From Salisapilia sapeloensis CBS 127946 (Eukaryota; Protista; Oomycota), in the NCBI GenBank assembly GCA_023334545.1, contig JAADVB010000049.1, positions 28,092 to 92,091 on the forward strand: a stretch of DNA of 64,000 bases, in the 5' to 3' direction. The position numbers and the translations under genes are program-made. Below the pieces are notes generated by a model, which did no database searches, had not been told where the DNA came from, and saw nothing but the letters and a program-made list of their open reading frames with translations. Each line of letters starts with the position of its first letter. Position 1 is the first letter of the stretch. Shown here piece after piece: positions 34,847 through 47,684 of the stretch.

Positions 34847-35531
34847 TCATTTACTGCAGCTCTTGGTAGCAATACGGCAGACGATGGCCTCGGTCAACGA
34901 AGAGCATTCGAGCTCTAGATCCTGCACTTTGTAGTACTTTCGAATCTGCTTGACATCTTCATCCGTTAAATGCGTTCCGATCTCACTCACGGGTGTCAAC
35001 GTTCCCTGAACTTTTGCTAACACGCGCTCTACACTGTCCTTGTCCGAGTCCATGATGCATAACAAGAGCTCCGTCGAGTCGTCCGATAGACCGAACCGAC
35101 GGAAAGACTCATTCACGTTCCGACTGCCAGATACGTTGAACACGATCTCCGAGTGCACGCCTTTCGTCGTCATCCGTTCATCTTGCTCACATAGCAATGC
35201 TCTCGCGGCGGCTGCTTGGACCTGCAGCAGGTTTACAACCTAATGATCCATACGGCAGTGCGAAACCAATCGCATGACGTCAGTTCGTTTACATATTCGC
35301 ATCATCCAAATGATTAGAAATAGCGTAAATCACCCACCCGAGACGCGTTCAATAGGGCTGCATCGACGTCCTGGTTGGTCAGCGCTTCACGTAGCGCACC
35401 ACTATTCTGTACATTCCGAAAGTACGCCACGTGCAATTGCCTGCGAAATCACATCTACATTATTCTCCATTCTATTCCCTTCCACGATAAGCATACCGGT
35501 CAGCAAAGAGAGGGAAAGCAATGGTCTCCAT
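34847..35531 (-). CDS. TPRKB: KEOPS/EKC complex subunit CGI121 (TPRKB), 3 exons
   Basis: Spliced METIAFPLFAD|RQLHVAYFRNVQNSGALR..AALLNASR|VVNLLQVQAAAARAL..TKGVHSEIVFNVSGSRNVNESFRRFG. Confidence 0.88.
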
Positions 35532-35753
35532 GTCGAGTCCAAACACGAATATTTAATAAAAAATTTCATATTTTCTTTTCTTAGATTGCGTTAACTCTTT
35601 CGTGTCCGACAAGAGATCACGTAATATGGTGTCAAAAGCCATGTGATTGGGCAAAATGTGACGATCCGAAGCATTTGGACAAGATATCGATCATTTTCGA
35701 ATCGACGGCCTAGAGCACACGACTCGTATCTCCTTTTAATCCCCTTCGCCACT

Positions 35754-37838
35754 ATGTCCCACGTCGACAAGAAACCCCGCTTCGGTGAGGAGCAATGCAT
35801 TAACACCGTCCGCATGCTGTCGGCCGACCAGCCCAGCCACGCCAATGCCGGACACCCTGGTGCCCCTATGGGCTGTGCCCCCATGGCACACGTCCTCTTC
35901 GGAAAGACCATGAAGTTCAACCCCAAGAACCCGTCCTGGGCCAACCGCGACCGTTTCGTGCTCTCGAACGGACACGCCTGTGCCCTCCAGTACTCCATGC
36001 TCCACCTCACGGGCTACGACGTCAGTGTCGAGGACCTGAAACAGTTCCGTAGCTTCGGATCCAAGACCCCGGGACACCCGGAGAACCACTCCACCCCTGG
36101 TATTGAAGTCACCACGGGTCCGCTAGGACAGGGTATCTCCAACGCCGTTGGTATGGCCATTGCCGAGAAGCACCTTGCTGCTGAATTCAACATGGGCGAG
36201 TTCAACGTCGTTGACCACTACACGTACGTTATCTGCGGTGACGGATGTCTCCAGGAAGGTGTGTCTTCCGAGGCCTCTTCGCTTGCCGGCCACCTCGGCC
36301 TCGGCAAGCTCATCGTCTTGTACGATGACAACAAGATCACGATCGACGGTACCACCGATCTGTCCTTCTCGGAAGACGTCTCGAAGCGTTACGAGTCGTA
36401 CGGATGGCATGTGCTCAACGTTGATGAGGGTGACACCGACGCGGAAGCCATCAGCAAGGCTGTGGCCGAAGCCAAGAAGGTCACGGACAAGCCGTCGCTC
36501 ATCAACGTCCGTACCACGATCGGATACGGCGCCAATGTTGCCGGTACTTCTGCTGCCCACGGTGCTCCGCTCAAGGCCGACGACTTGTCTGCCACCAAGG
36601 AAAAGTACGGCATGGACCCGAACGAGCACTTTGCCGTGCCGGAGCAGGTGAAGAACTATTACGACAAGACCACGTCGGGCGCTCAGCTCGAGCAAGAGTG
36701 GAACGATCTCTTTGCCAAGTACAAGGAGGCCCACCCCGAATACGCCGCTCAGTTCGAGCGTCGTATCGCTGGCGAGCTCTACGACGGATGGAAGGACAAC
36801 CTTCCCGTCTACACGCCGGAAGATGCCACGGAGGCGACGCGCAAGTACAGCGAAAAGGTGCTGAACGCCTGCGCCACGGCTTTGCCGGAAATGGTCGGCG
36901 GCTCTGCTGACTTAACGCCTTCCAACAACACCAAGCTCACCATGAGCGGTGACTTCCAGAAGGACACGCCGATCGGCCGCTACATGCGCTACGGTGTCCG
37001 TGAACACGGTATGGCTGCCATCTCCAACGGTATCTTTGCCCACGGTGGTATCCGTCCGTTCGCCGCGACGTTCTACAACTTCATCGGCTACGCCTTCGGT
37101 GCCGTGCGTCTCAGTGCGCTTTCCCGTTTCGGTGTCATCTACATCGCGACGCACGACAGCATCTTCCTCGGTGAGGACGGTCCGACCCACCAGCCGGTCG
37201 AGATGAACGCACTCATCCGTGCCACGCCCAACATGTACTTGTACCGCCCTGCCGACGGTAACGAGACGGTCGGTGCCTACGTCTGTGCGCTTGAGAACAA
37301 GACGCAGACGGCCGTCATGGCCCTTTCTCGTCAGGGAGCCCCGAACCTCTCGGGCTCTAACGCCGACAAGGTCGCCAAGGGTGCCTACATCCTCCAGAAC
37401 TACAACCAGGGCGAGAAGACCGACTCCCTTGACAAGCCGGATATTGTCCTCTTGGCCACTGGCTCGGAAGTCAGCCTCGCGTGCGACGCTGCTGCCCTCT
37501 TGAAGCCGTACAAGGTCCGCGTCGTGTCCATGCCGTGCCGCGACCACTTTGTCGAGCAGTCGTACGACTACCAGAAGAGCGTCCTCGGCGAAGGCATCCC
37601 TGTCATGAGCATCGAGGCCGGCACGACGTTCGGCTGGAGCGAGTTCTCGCACTCTCACTACGGTCTCGACCGATTCGGTGCGTCTGGTTCTGGCTCCCAG
37701 CTCAAGGAAGAGTTCGGCTTCAACCCGAACGCCGTGGCCAAGCAGGCGACCAACGTTGTCAACTTCTACGAGGGCAAGCACGTCCCAGACTTTTTCAACT
37801 ACCCTGCGCCGCGTGAGTTCCACCCGAGCGATGAATAA
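35754..37838 (+). CDS. TKT: Transketolase
   Basis: Intronless. [39 protein letters not shown] (ThDP motif), [23 protein letters not shown]; strong codon bias. Confidence 0.97.
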   Translation: MSHVDKKPRFGEEQCINTVRMLSADQPSHANAGHPGAPMGCAPMAHVLFGKTMKFNPKNPSWANRDRFVLSNGHACALQYSMLHLTGYDVSVEDLKQFRSFGSKTPGHPENHSTPGIEVTTGPLGQGISNAVGMAIAEKHLAAEFNMGEFNVVDHYTYVICGDGCLQEGVSSEASSLAGHLGLGKLIVLYDDNKITIDGTTDLSFSEDVSKRYESYGWHVLNVDEGDTDAEAISKAVAEAKKVTDKPSLINVRTTIGYGANVAGTSAAHGAPLKADDLSATKEKYGMDPNEHFAVPEQVKNYYDKTTSGAQLEQEWNDLFAKYKEAHPEYAAQFERRIAGELYDGWKDNLPVYTPEDATEATRKYSEKVLNACATALPEMVGGSADLTPSNNTKLTMSGDFQKDTPIGRYMRYGVREHGMAAISNGIFAHGGIRPFAATFYNFIGYAFGAVRLSALSRFGVIYIATHDSIFLGEDGPTHQPVEMNALIRATPNMYLYRPADGNETVGAYVCALENKTQTAVMALSRQGAPNLSGSNADKVAKGAYILQNYNQGEKTDSLDKPDIVLLATGSEVSLACDAAALLKPYKVRVVSMPCRDHFVEQSYDYQKSVLGEGIPVMSIEAGTTFGWSEFSHSHYGLDRFGASGSGSQLKEEFGFNPNAVAKQATNVVNFYEGKHVPDFFNYPAPREFHPSDE

Positions 37839-38049
37839 GCGATGCCGGATGGACCTTTTGCCTAAAAAATTCAGCTACTCTTTTTCGTATCTGCTTCCAC
37901 TAGTCTTCGCATGACTTACGCTTCCATTCCATGACGTATCCTATTAACGCATCGAGTAACTGCCACATTGACGACGTAGAAGGCTCAAGAGACGCTCCAG
38001 TTACACCGTATCGCCTACGAGTCGCAAGTGGCGCTCCAAGTAGTTGAAA

Positions 38050-41000
38050 ATGAACGTCGAGTACCAGTCGGACGATTCAGACCATGGCGTATCGATCAAA
38101 CCGATGCCTGGAGGTAAAGGAGAGCTCAAGCATGGCATCGAGGCCAAGTTTCAACGTCGGTATACAGAGCTAGAGAAGACGTATGAACGAAGACTAGGAG
38201 CGTTGGCTTCCCAGTTACACACTACGATCACTCAGATCCAGACGGACGATGCGCTGCAGTATTTACAAGAGAGTGCTCTCACGCATGAATTCGTTAGTGT
38301 CCGACTGGAAGAGCTTATCTATGACACGTTCCTAGGTGAACGGGAGCAGTATGTGAAACAAGTGTCCGAGGAGCTGGCGTGGAGTACGAATGAAAAAAGA
38401 GATGTGGAGGAGAAACTCGATGCTGCCTTGAAAAAGCAGCAATCGATGAAAGAACAGTGGAAAGAGACGTGTTGGGAATTGCGGTCGATGGAACAGCGTA
38501 TCGCTGCGGCGGATCATGAAATTCGGGAACGGAAGGAGTTGAATCAAAGTCAGCAAGAGAAGGTGGATGTGCTTCTGGATGAACGTGACAACCTTCGTAC
38601 GGATCGAGAGAGACTTTATCGTCAGATAGAGCATCTGGAAGACAAACTGGAACGTAGTGAACAAACTAGTCGTAAGGCAGAAGAGCAGGACTTAATCATC
38701 GAAGAGCTCAATACAGCCTACTACGAGGTAAAGCAGGAGCTGAGCGCATTGACTCAGGTAGGATGATATACGCCTTAGACCATCCTACTCTCGTATTCAT
38801 TCGTCTGAATAGAAACGAGAGTCGGAGGAAGATCAAAACAGACAAGAGCAAGAGCATCTACAGCATCTATTGCACTTGTCGGACCAAAAGTGCGAGGAGC
38901 TACAAACTTCTTTGCGTCAGATACAGAGCGAAGACTACCCCACTCAAGTCCTTCATCTTAAAAGTCAACTGAACAAGCAAGAGGAAGCGTATGCTGTGTT
39001 AGAGAGTACAAAGGTAGAGCTGGAAGAGTGGATCAACGAGCACCAAACACAGGCAAAGTCTTCTTTGTCAAGGCTCGAGAGAGAGAATGAAGAGACTACA
39101 AAACAGTATCAAGCTCAAGTGAACGATCTCCGAGATCAATTGCAATATCTAAAGCAGGAGAGTACCCAGTCGATGCAAGAGAAAGTGGAAGAGGTTCATC
39201 GTCTTACGTACGAGCTGGATATGAAGCAGCAGGCCTTGGAACAAGAATTGGAGGCAAAGTCTTCCTTACGTGAGCGTCTTCAAAGTTTCCATTCTCACCA
39301 CGACAAGGAAACGGAAACCTTGACGAACAAGGTTACTGCTCTTGAAAAGGAGCTTAGTAAGTGGAAACGAACGCTTCAACAAGAACGTAGCAAGTTCGAA
39401 GTCACATTAAACGAGAAAGAAAAAGTATTTGAGTCGTTGCAAGAAGCCTTTGACCGTCAGAAGCAAGAGATCGAGCGAAAGCGAGAGCTGGAGGATCTCA
39501 CACGATGGCAAAATACGTTTGCGACGCAGCAAGAAGCAAAGATAGAGGCACTTAAAAGCAAGTATGATGCTGCTCTCCAGTCTCAACGAGAAGAGCTTTT
39601 GCGTTCTCAGCAAGCATCTGAAAAAGCTGAGTCGACATCACGGGAAGCAGAGATGGCAACAAAGCTTCGAGCTAGAGACGAAGACAAGGAGCGACAGGCT
39701 GAATGGAAACGCTTCCAACAGCAAATGGAGGAACGAGAGAAGGAAGTGAGAGAAAAAGAGAAGAGAGTGTGGGAACAAGAGAAAGCATTAGAACTGAAGA
39801 TAAGCGGAAAATCTTCTACTTTGACACCAGGAATGGTCGTTGTCAACGTAGGTGGCGAAGACATTAATGATGATGAGATGATGGATGCCTCAGCTAGTCG
39901 TCATCATCGACACCGTTCTACAGACTACAATAGCAGCCAAGTGAAGGAATCAATGCTAACGATGTCAAAGCACATGGCAGAAGTTCAAGCAAGGGAGAAT
40001 GCTGTCACTCTAAAGTGTCAGGAAGAAGCGAAAGTATCACTACAAAAATCTCTACAAGAGAAAGAGAAAGAGTACAAATCTGTCGTGTCAAGTATTCGCA
40101 AAAGCATGCGTAAGCTAGAGGATGCCTTGACTGAGGAGAAAAAGGAAAGAGGGAAGAAAGAGGAAGAAGCAGCTAGTATAACAAAGGAATTGAACAAGAT
40201 CAAGGAGGATCTAGAGACTAGAAAAGGAAAAGAAGAAAAGATGAGTCAACAGGTGAAGAAAGCAGAGGCAAAGATAATCAGTTTAAAGACAGAAGTGCAG
40301 AATATGCGTTCCAAGTGTGATGCATTGAATGAAGAGCTGCAGTCAGCTCGTGAAGAGAAGATGGTGGTGGATTCTACATATGAGAAGATTCAAGAAAGTC
40401 TTAAAAGTAGTAAAAAGGAGTCCAAGATGCTGTCAGAGGAGGTTGAAAGGCTTTCACAAAAGCTGGAGGCAAAGGAGAAAGAGTGCGAAGACGAGGTAAA
40501 TCGAGTAGAAATGTTGAAGCAGAAACTAGAGAGTACACAAGCGGCATTGACAGCAGACATTAGCCAACTGCAGAAATCGAGTGGGAAGGAACTGGAAGAG
40601 GTAAAGATGCAATATGAACTAGAGTTGGAGAGTAAACGCGATGAAATAGCTAATCATCAGCGTCACATTGATGCCATGGAAGCGGCAGCTGCAAAGTACG
40701 AGGAAGCACTCCGTGCGAATCAGAGTGAAAATCAGAATTTAAGAGAGAAGCTTTCGACCATGAAAGGCAAGTACATGGCAAAGGAGAAAGAAGTAACAGA
40801 ACTCACCGCATCACGTGAAAGTCTAAAACAGTCATCAGACAAAATGGCGCATGAAATTCGCCAAGAAGCGCAGAAGGCACAGCACATGGTAGCCGATTTG
40901 ACCATTGAGTTACAAGCTACTCAAAGCGAAAAGCGAAAGTCTTTAAGGACACTTAAAAAGCAAGTAGGATCTATCTCTCGAGATTGGAAAGAAATACGCG

Positions 41001-42689
41001 CAAAAGTGTCGGATGAGCTACCATCCGCGTACAATCTCTTCCGACAGGATATGTCCATTTCCATTTACGAGTGGCAGCATCGAATCGAGAAACGCATACA
41101 GCAGGCTTCTGCATCTACTGAAAAGCAAGTGCGTCAAGAAGGAGATCGCAAGACGCGAGACCTCCAGGTAAGAAACCAGAAATTAATGGAACGACTGCAT
41201 CATGAAAGTGAGAAAGCTCAAAAGGAACAAAGAGCACAAGATAAAGCAATCCAAGAGAAGCTAGAGCAAATGAATAAACTAGAGGCACAGCTTTATGCCG
41301 CTTCCACAAAAGCTGAAGAAGTGGCAAGCGAGATTAAGGCCATAAGTCAAGACAAATTGATGATCCAAAAGGAGCGAGATGACCTCCAGAACCAACTGAC
41401 GAGGCTGGAGGATCAGAATTACAAGTACTCAACTGAGGTCACAGATTGGCAAGGCCGACTAGCAGCAGCAAAGCGCCAATGTGTAGTATTTACACAAGTA
41501 CTGGAAGTCATCGCATCAGAGTTAAATGTCAGCATCCCGTTGCTATCCTTCCAAGGAGAGCTTGGAGAGGAAGAGTTCAACTGGTTTATTCATCAGCTTA
41601 ATGACCTACCGTCGAAATTGACAGAGCGAATCGAACAGGTAAGGACGTCAGCTAAAGACGAAGGCGCAGCTCCAACGAAAGGAGACATGGAAAGAGCGAA
41701 AGCAACGTTTAAAGAGTTTATGCTAGCCTCCTCATACACTCATGACGACTCTCCATGGTACGAACGCGTGTACGATCGTATCCAGGATGAGCTCCAAAGT
41801 CATCGTCAAAGAATTTCCACTCTGGAATGTCGCTTGACAGAGCAACAGTCGGAAGGAGAGTCGACGAAGCAAGTATCCGAACAAACGCAGGAAACGATCC
41901 GAATGCTTGAATTTGAAAAAGCGACTTCGATGCGCGAAATGAAGCAGCAGATGCATGCTTTGGAGAAGAAACATGAGCGTGCGCTTTGTGAGGCCCAAGC
42001 CAGTTATAAGCGGAAGATGAACAAAGTCAAGCACCGTTTTGAGACGGACAAAGTAAAAGCTGAGAGCGCTCATGAGGTATATATTACGCATGCGACTCTT
42101 TCCTCTTACGTTGCATCTAAGTAGTTGTAAAACTTTTAGACTGCACTACGTCAGTTGGAGGAAAAGCTAGAGGCAGAACGGGATCATGTCATCATGGCGA
42201 GAAATGAGACTGTCGTACAGGTTGCTCAGATGTCTAAGCACGGATGAATGACTAGATGAACTTAATATTGCTAAACTTGTAGAAACTGGAGACAGAGCGA
42301 ACAGGTCGTGATGTGGAAAGACAAAAAGAGAAACTCGAAAGAGAGGTACAAGAGCTTCGTGCTGCGGTAAACCTCTTTCCAAACTTTATAGAAAGCTGCC
42401 ATGGACAATTGCTAACATAAAAGACTGGGTTCGTACATAGGTAAAGAAATGGAAACGAAAGGCTTCTGAAGAAGGAAGCAAATACTTATCAACAGGATGC
42501 ACACTGCCGAGCCCATGCCTACATGAGACAAGAGCTTTATCTACTCGTGCTTGTAGCTGTGGTTCACCTTATCAAGTTTCCGAAATGCGAGACTTGTCTG
42601 TCATGATGCAGGATTCTCTTGAGCGAATGCGAGGGAAGAGCAAGCAGTCAAGACTTTCTCACTCGTCAACTCGTAGTGATGATCGATAG
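38050..42689 (+). CDS. Large (~1400-aa) coiled-coil protein, possibly centrosomal/cytoskeletal; multi-exon
   Basis: ORFs 38044-38766 and 38870-42124 plus three hand-spliced 3' exons ending RSDDR* (TAG 42687-42689). E/K/Q-rich heptads throughout; no enzyme motif. Confidence 0.75.
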
Positions 42690-42732
42690 TCATAGACTCG
42701 AGTAGAAAATTTGTAATTTAATGCAGCTCTAT

Positions 42733-44421
42733 TTACGTACTCATCCGTCTTTCCAGTAACATTAATATCTTCGTTGGTGAAGAAGTAGCCTCATCTCCTT
42801 CTTCATCTCGCTTTTCCATGATTTCCTTTAGCTGGACTGTACGTGCTTTCACGTCCGCGATTCGCTCTCGCATCGTCTCGATCTCTTGAACCAAATGACT
42901 GAGCTTTGCTTGCTCTGCTTGGATCATTTCCTCCACTTCGTACATTGACCGGACTCGAGCGAGCTCCGTTGCCAACGCATTAACCTTGTCAATCGTTCCA
43001 TGTTCACTCTGTAGTATGCTCAACACTCGCTTGGCGGAATCCTCTTCCTCATTCTCATCGTCCAGTAGCTCTCCAGTCTGCAGAACTCCTTTCGCCAACA
43101 TCTTGGACAAGGTGTTACGCCGTTTTAACCGTGCCTGCCCGTTTTTCGATGTTGCTCGCTCACGACTGGCAACCTCCTCAGCCTGGACTGCCGACATTTC
43201 TTTCCACTTAGGTCGGGGCGTATGGGACTCGTGAAGCTTGTTTATTTCATCCTCTGCTCTACCCTTATCCTTTTCACTCTCTTCTCTACGCTTTTGAAGA
43301 CCCTGGCAAGACGTCCGAATGGAAAATATCTCTTCCGTCGACGCTCTTACTAGAGCTTGTACTCTCTCTAGCTCCTGCATAAGCTCCGCTTTGCGTCGGT
43401 AACATAGAGCTACAGTCTGATCCAGGTCTAGTTCTTCGGTCGGAGTAGTGATTATCTGCCGTCCACCTGCTGCATTCGGCTGGATACTAGTTATCCGCTT
43501 CGACCTAGTACCAGCTACTCGTCCACCGGTTACTGGCGGTAGACTGGAATTTTTAATGTCTGCAGAGGCTTCTTTCAGCTGTCTTGATTTGAGTTGGAAA
43601 ACAGCCTCTTCTTCTCGCACTTTGGTCATGATAATATCCGCCTGCCGCCGCTGCTCGACGATGGAAATCTCGTAAGTGCTTATGTGTACTCGAAGCTCTT
43701 CACACGCCTTTCGCCGTAGTTCATACCTCTTTTCAAGCTCCTTTAGACACGACACCAGATCTTTCTTCGAAGTAGCCGAAGAGTCTTGCTCTCGAGACTC
43801 ATCTCGGGTTGTTCGACCGACAAAAACAGTCCCTAACTGCTCCCGTCGCCTTGCAATCTCCTGTGGTAACCTACGATTCTCATGGCGCAATTTAGCTAGA
43901 CGCTCCCGATTCGTTTCTCCATCCGACTTTGCCTGCTGGAGGCGAGATTGAACACCTCTAAATACTTGTTCCAAACGCAAGTGCTCTTGAACCTCCGCAG
44001 GCTCGGATAATACTTTACTATCATTGCTATGGACAACCCAGCAGCTCCGCCTGAGCCCATCAATAAGCTCTGAAGGTTTCATCTGCAGCATCCGCTCGGT
44101 CCCGGTGCTCGACATCAGAAGCTCTTGCAACGTCGTGAGAGCAGACTCGGGAGTCATCTTCGTCCGGCTCTGGCCTTTCAAAGGCGAAACAACTCGCTCA
44201 GATCGAAGTACCTCATCTAGCAATTGCATCGATCGAAATTTAGCAGTGCGTGGACTATCAATCGTTGCAAGAGCGAGTCGAGGAGACACGATCGTCTTAA
44301 ACTTGTCTCGAGAAGATTGTCGCCATCGCTTTCTAGCCAAAGCTTTCACCGATATCTTGGCAATCGACGTCGTACATTTACTGCTAGGTGTGTCTGGAAG
44401 TATGGGAGCACAAGAGTCCAT
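42733..44421 (-). CDS. Coiled-coil protein, possibly TSNAXIP1-like (flagellar-type)
   Basis: 562-aa ORF with heptad regions. HTPRPKW resembles the TPRPxW motif recalled from TSNAXIP1; family call is weak. Confidence 0.55.
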   Translation of the reverse strand: MDSCAPILPDTPSSKCTTSIAKISVKALARKRWRQSSRDKFKTIVSPRLALATIDSPRTAKFRSMQLLDEVLRSERVVSPLKGQSRTKMTPESALTTLQELLMSSTGTERMLQMKPSELIDGLRRSCWVVHSNDSKVLSEPAEVQEHLRLEQVFRGVQSRLQQAKSDGETNRERLAKLRHENRRLPQEIARRREQLGTVFVGRTTRDESREQDSSATSKKDLVSCLKELEKRYELRRKACEELRVHISTYEISIVEQRRQADIIMTKVREEEAVFQLKSRQLKEASADIKNSSLPPVTGGRVAGTRSKRITSIQPNAAGGRQIITTPTEELDLDQTVALCYRRKAELMQELERVQALVRASTEEIFSIRTSCQGLQKRREESEKDKGRAEDEINKLHESHTPRPKWKEMSAVQAEEVASRERATSKNGQARLKRRNTLSKMLAKGVLQTGELLDDENEEEDSAKRVLSILQSEHGTIDKVNALATELARVRSMYEVEEMIQAEQAKLSHLVQEIETMRERIADVKARTVQLKEIMEKRDEEGDEATSSPTKILMLLERRMST

Positions 44422-45369
44422 CTACACGTGAGAACAACTAAAGAGGTTTCAATCGATCATTGTATTTATAGCGCATCAAGTAGATGTCCATATTTTCCTA
44501 TAGCTAGATCTAGGTTTCGAAACGGCTCCGACTTGGATACAATATCCAAGTCGTCGTCATCGTGTCGAATCCCGCGGATGAAGTGATGCCAACAAAGATA
44601 CTTGCGTGATAGGATCCGTATAGAATGTCAAAAGGTGAAAAGTAACGCATGTGAATTCCACTTCCTGTCAAGTACTGTCAGATATGCTACCTCGAGCCAG
44701 ATACCAATACATCCGTTGACAGCTACGACATCTAGTCGGACATGTCTTAGTACTTCCCTACGACAACATTTCCTTTCGCATGCAGCTTCAAATGGACATA
44801 TACAGTGCAACTGCAATTACTACAACCTCTAGACGTCAAAGAATGACAGTTGGGTGCATGAATCGACTAAAGGAAACCTACAGACAAACGTAAGCAAGCA
44901 CATCCTCTTGTTTCCCCATATGATACGCCAAGAGACGTCCAGCGGCAACCCGCCTCCATGTAGAAGTTAAATCAGATGCGATCCATCGTTCGTATACAGA
45001 CTCCGTGTATACGACGACCTAGTCCATCCTTCCAGCGCACTAGTAACGTAGATACACGCTGCAAATGCGCCCGTCACTAACGCCGCCGCCTGCGATCCTG
45101 ATGCCCCAGCGCCCTGTCGTCTGCAGCATCCCATACGCTACTCCGAGACCAGGGTTGTTCGCCTACCGACGCAGGTGCATGTTGCCTTTGTCCTCTGCTC
45201 TGTACACTGTGGCATCCTCTGGGCAAAATTTCACTCCTTCCATCTTGCCTTTCGCTTCGTTGCCACTAGAAAAAAGATCTCGATACGATCGAAAATCAAT
45301 CATTCTGCAATTTGCCTTCGACCTTTCCGACCTCCGACCTCGGTGCATTTCCTTTGCACAAGACGATAC

Positions 45370-46536
45370 ATGATGAGCTCCAAGCTTGTCAAGCGTAAAG
45401 TGTCACTTGACGGCATCATCCTAGATGACTGCATGCCGGAAAGTAAGAGAGTCAAACGGGAACCTGTCGAAATCCCACACACGCCCACTTCAACGCGCGC
45501 ACAAAGCAAGACACCGACGTTCCTCCAGAGCGCAAAACAGAAGAATGTGCCTGTGCGCTTTGGCAAATGGAATAAAGATGAGGACGCGTACCTCTTTAAA
45601 CTCGTAGAAGTGTTCCATCGCGGTATCGTAGACAACTTGCCGCAAAAACACTCCCTCCGGAAGTGGCTTGCCGATATGTTAAATTGCTGCAAGATGCGCA
45701 TATCGAAGAAACAGTCGAGCGAAAAGAACTTCCATGGGAATGTCCGGTATCAGCGTAATGAAGAGAGCATTGCACGACTGACCCAGCGTGAGCACAATGA
45801 AATTTCGAGCGAGTTGCAGCGACTGCGGACCAACTTCCTTGAGCGCTGGGCTGTGGAGGAGGCTCGACGCAACACTTCTTCGTCACAAGCCGTCGAGTTC
45901 GAGCAATGGTACTACAAAGCCAAGCGATCGTTGCCTCGTGTCCACATCGCAAAGAATGAGCGGATTCAAGAGCAGTTTAAGGAGGATGCAGCCATCTCCT
46001 TCCCGTCTGCAGCCGACATCAGGCGAAAAGCTGATGCAGCTAGTCAATTGACATCATTTATAAACGATATAAAGCCACCGCAGAGCACTAGCAGCTCCTG
46101 TGATCCGTCCAAGCAAGAGTGGTGTTCCGTCGAAATATCTCCTGCACCTCTAGAGCCGCTTTTGTTCCAAGGAACTCACAATCAAGACGATTGCGCATCT
46201 TTCTTCTTCAATAGCAACTATACTGCGCCTCTAGCCGATATGTATCCTCCCAGTGGCGCGAACTACTGCTATTCACCTGCTTGTCATCTCTTCAACATGA
46301 GTCACCGCCTTCGTAATCAAAATCTCTATGCGGAAGAGCCGAAGGATTTCATGGAAACACCAAGCGCGCAGGTAGACATTCAGCCCGATACCACGGTCGG
46401 ACAGGACAACGATTTGTTGGGAGAAGTCTTCATGTTTAGTGAACCAGCAATGTTGGCATGGGGAGATACGCCCACCCACCCGAGTGTACACCAGTCATCA
46501 CGAACTATCCAGTCGTCCCTCCCACCATACTATTGA
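45370..46536 (+). CDS. Stramenopile-type putative transcription factor with GKW..LNC..MRISKK Myb-like domain
   Basis: RFGKWNKDEDAYLFKLVEVFHRG..SLRKWLADMLNCCKMRISKK, followed by a low-complexity acidic/Pro tail. Confidence 0.7.
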   Translation: MMSSKLVKRKVSLDGIILDDCMPESKRVKREPVEIPHTPTSTRAQSKTPTFLQSAKQKNVPVRFGKWNKDEDAYLFKLVEVFHRGIVDNLPQKHSLRKWLADMLNCCKMRISKKQSSEKNFHGNVRYQRNEESIARLTQREHNEISSELQRLRTNFLERWAVEEARRNTSSSQAVEFEQWYYKAKRSLPRVHIAKNERIQEQFKEDAAISFPSAADIRRKADAASQLTSFINDIKPPQSTSSSCDPSKQEWCSVEISPAPLEPLLFQGTHNQDDCASFFFNSNYTAPLADMYPPSGANYCYSPACHLFNMSHRLRNQNLYAEEPKDFMETPSAQVDIQPDTTVGQDNDLLGEVFMFSEPAMLAWGDTPTHPSVHQSSRTIQSSLPPYY

Positions 46537-46870
46537 TCGAGACCAATACCAGAGTTTACATTTGCATTTAGAAGCAATGGGCAGTTGCGTATATGTCGTC
46601 CATCTGCCACTTGATTGTCGTAAGGGGAAGAAATGGAATATCCTTTTGCACACCAGAGCTCCCGTTGGCAGACAATAATAAGAGTCACATCCGAGACATC
46701 ACACTAATATCATGAGCTTCAAGCTCCCTTGAAACGACTGCACGTAGGATAGAAACCGAAGCTAGAGATGCCAGTATGACGCTCGACTTGTGCAAATCAG
46801 GGAAATTGGTGAAATACAAAATGCCACGCATTTAAGCACCAACTTGCGATTCCCTTCATCGCCGTAAGCT

Positions 46871-47618
46871 ATGGTACGTCTATCGCTCTTTTTATCTACA
46901 TCCTCGACTTCCCTACTACAGCTATATGCATTCAAGTCATAAGGACGATACTGGTGATGTACCAAGTACTAACGCGATGAAAGTAGGCAAATCAAGCAAG
47001 TAAAAAGGCACAACGAGCGAGTGTCTCGCTGAGCGCTCAGCTGCGGCAGTATATCTGGCCCATTAACGTACACTACGACCAGATTTCCAACGTTATGAAC
47101 ATTATGCTAAGCCAATGGCTGCATCATAGGTCTTGTACGTGCTGTATCGACTCATGTGGCACTACGACTCGGTCACATGGACGACGCTAATGGGCTACTG
47201 TTTCCTCGCTGGAACCACCTACCTCAGCTACTCGTGGGTCGTCAGTGCTGCAGAGGAAGGTGCATCCAGCGAGTAAGTACAATTTTTATCATATATCCTA
47301 GAGGCGAACTAAGAAATGCGCTAGGTACGCGTTCGACGTCTTGGTCATTACTTTGTTCGTGCAGGCCGGTCTCATCCTGTCCGACTGGTTCTGGCTGGTC
47401 TACCTCGTCGTACGTACCCCCATCCATCCTACCTTCACTCCACCTAACAGTTCTCTGTCTAGATCCCTGGTTTTCTACTCTACCATGGAGGGCGGATGCT
47501 TCTCAACTACGTCTTTACACCCGATGCAGATGACTCGGAAGACCCTGCAGCACTTAAACGCAAAGAGAAAGCAGAACGTAAAGCTTCTCGTACGAAATAT
47601 CGCACCTCGAGACGATAA
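46871..47618 (+). CDS. TMEM208: TMEM208/SND2 (DUF788) ER membrane protein, 5 exons; not in ORF track
   Basis: Spliced M|ANQASKKAQ..IWPIN|VLYVLYRL..SS|EYAFDVLVITLFVQ..SDWFWLVYLV|IPGFLLY..KRKEKAERKASRTKYRTSRR*. Confidence 0.85.
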
Positions 47619-47684
47619 ACAAACCACATGACGGGATACAATCAATACACCTTCTTCCCAGCCATACACAATGTTGATTGATCA

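Noticed and set aside
36123-37823. Long antisense ORFs (203 and 303 aa) over transketolase; similar ones over thioredoxin (18743-19492), ARO2 and the kinase
   Set aside because: Explained by strong codon bias of the sense gene suppressing antisense stops; no protein-like motifs.
44999-45023. 8-bp inverted repeat TCGTATAC/GTATACGA (coordinates approximate)
   Set aside because: A single short hairpin of this size is expected by chance in 64 kb.
46638-46743. ATATCCTTT..CCCTTGAA..AC resembling a U12 AT-AC intron
   Set aside because: Lies in an intergenic/UTR region, the branch site is imperfect, and the joined product looks non-coding; would need spliced reads.
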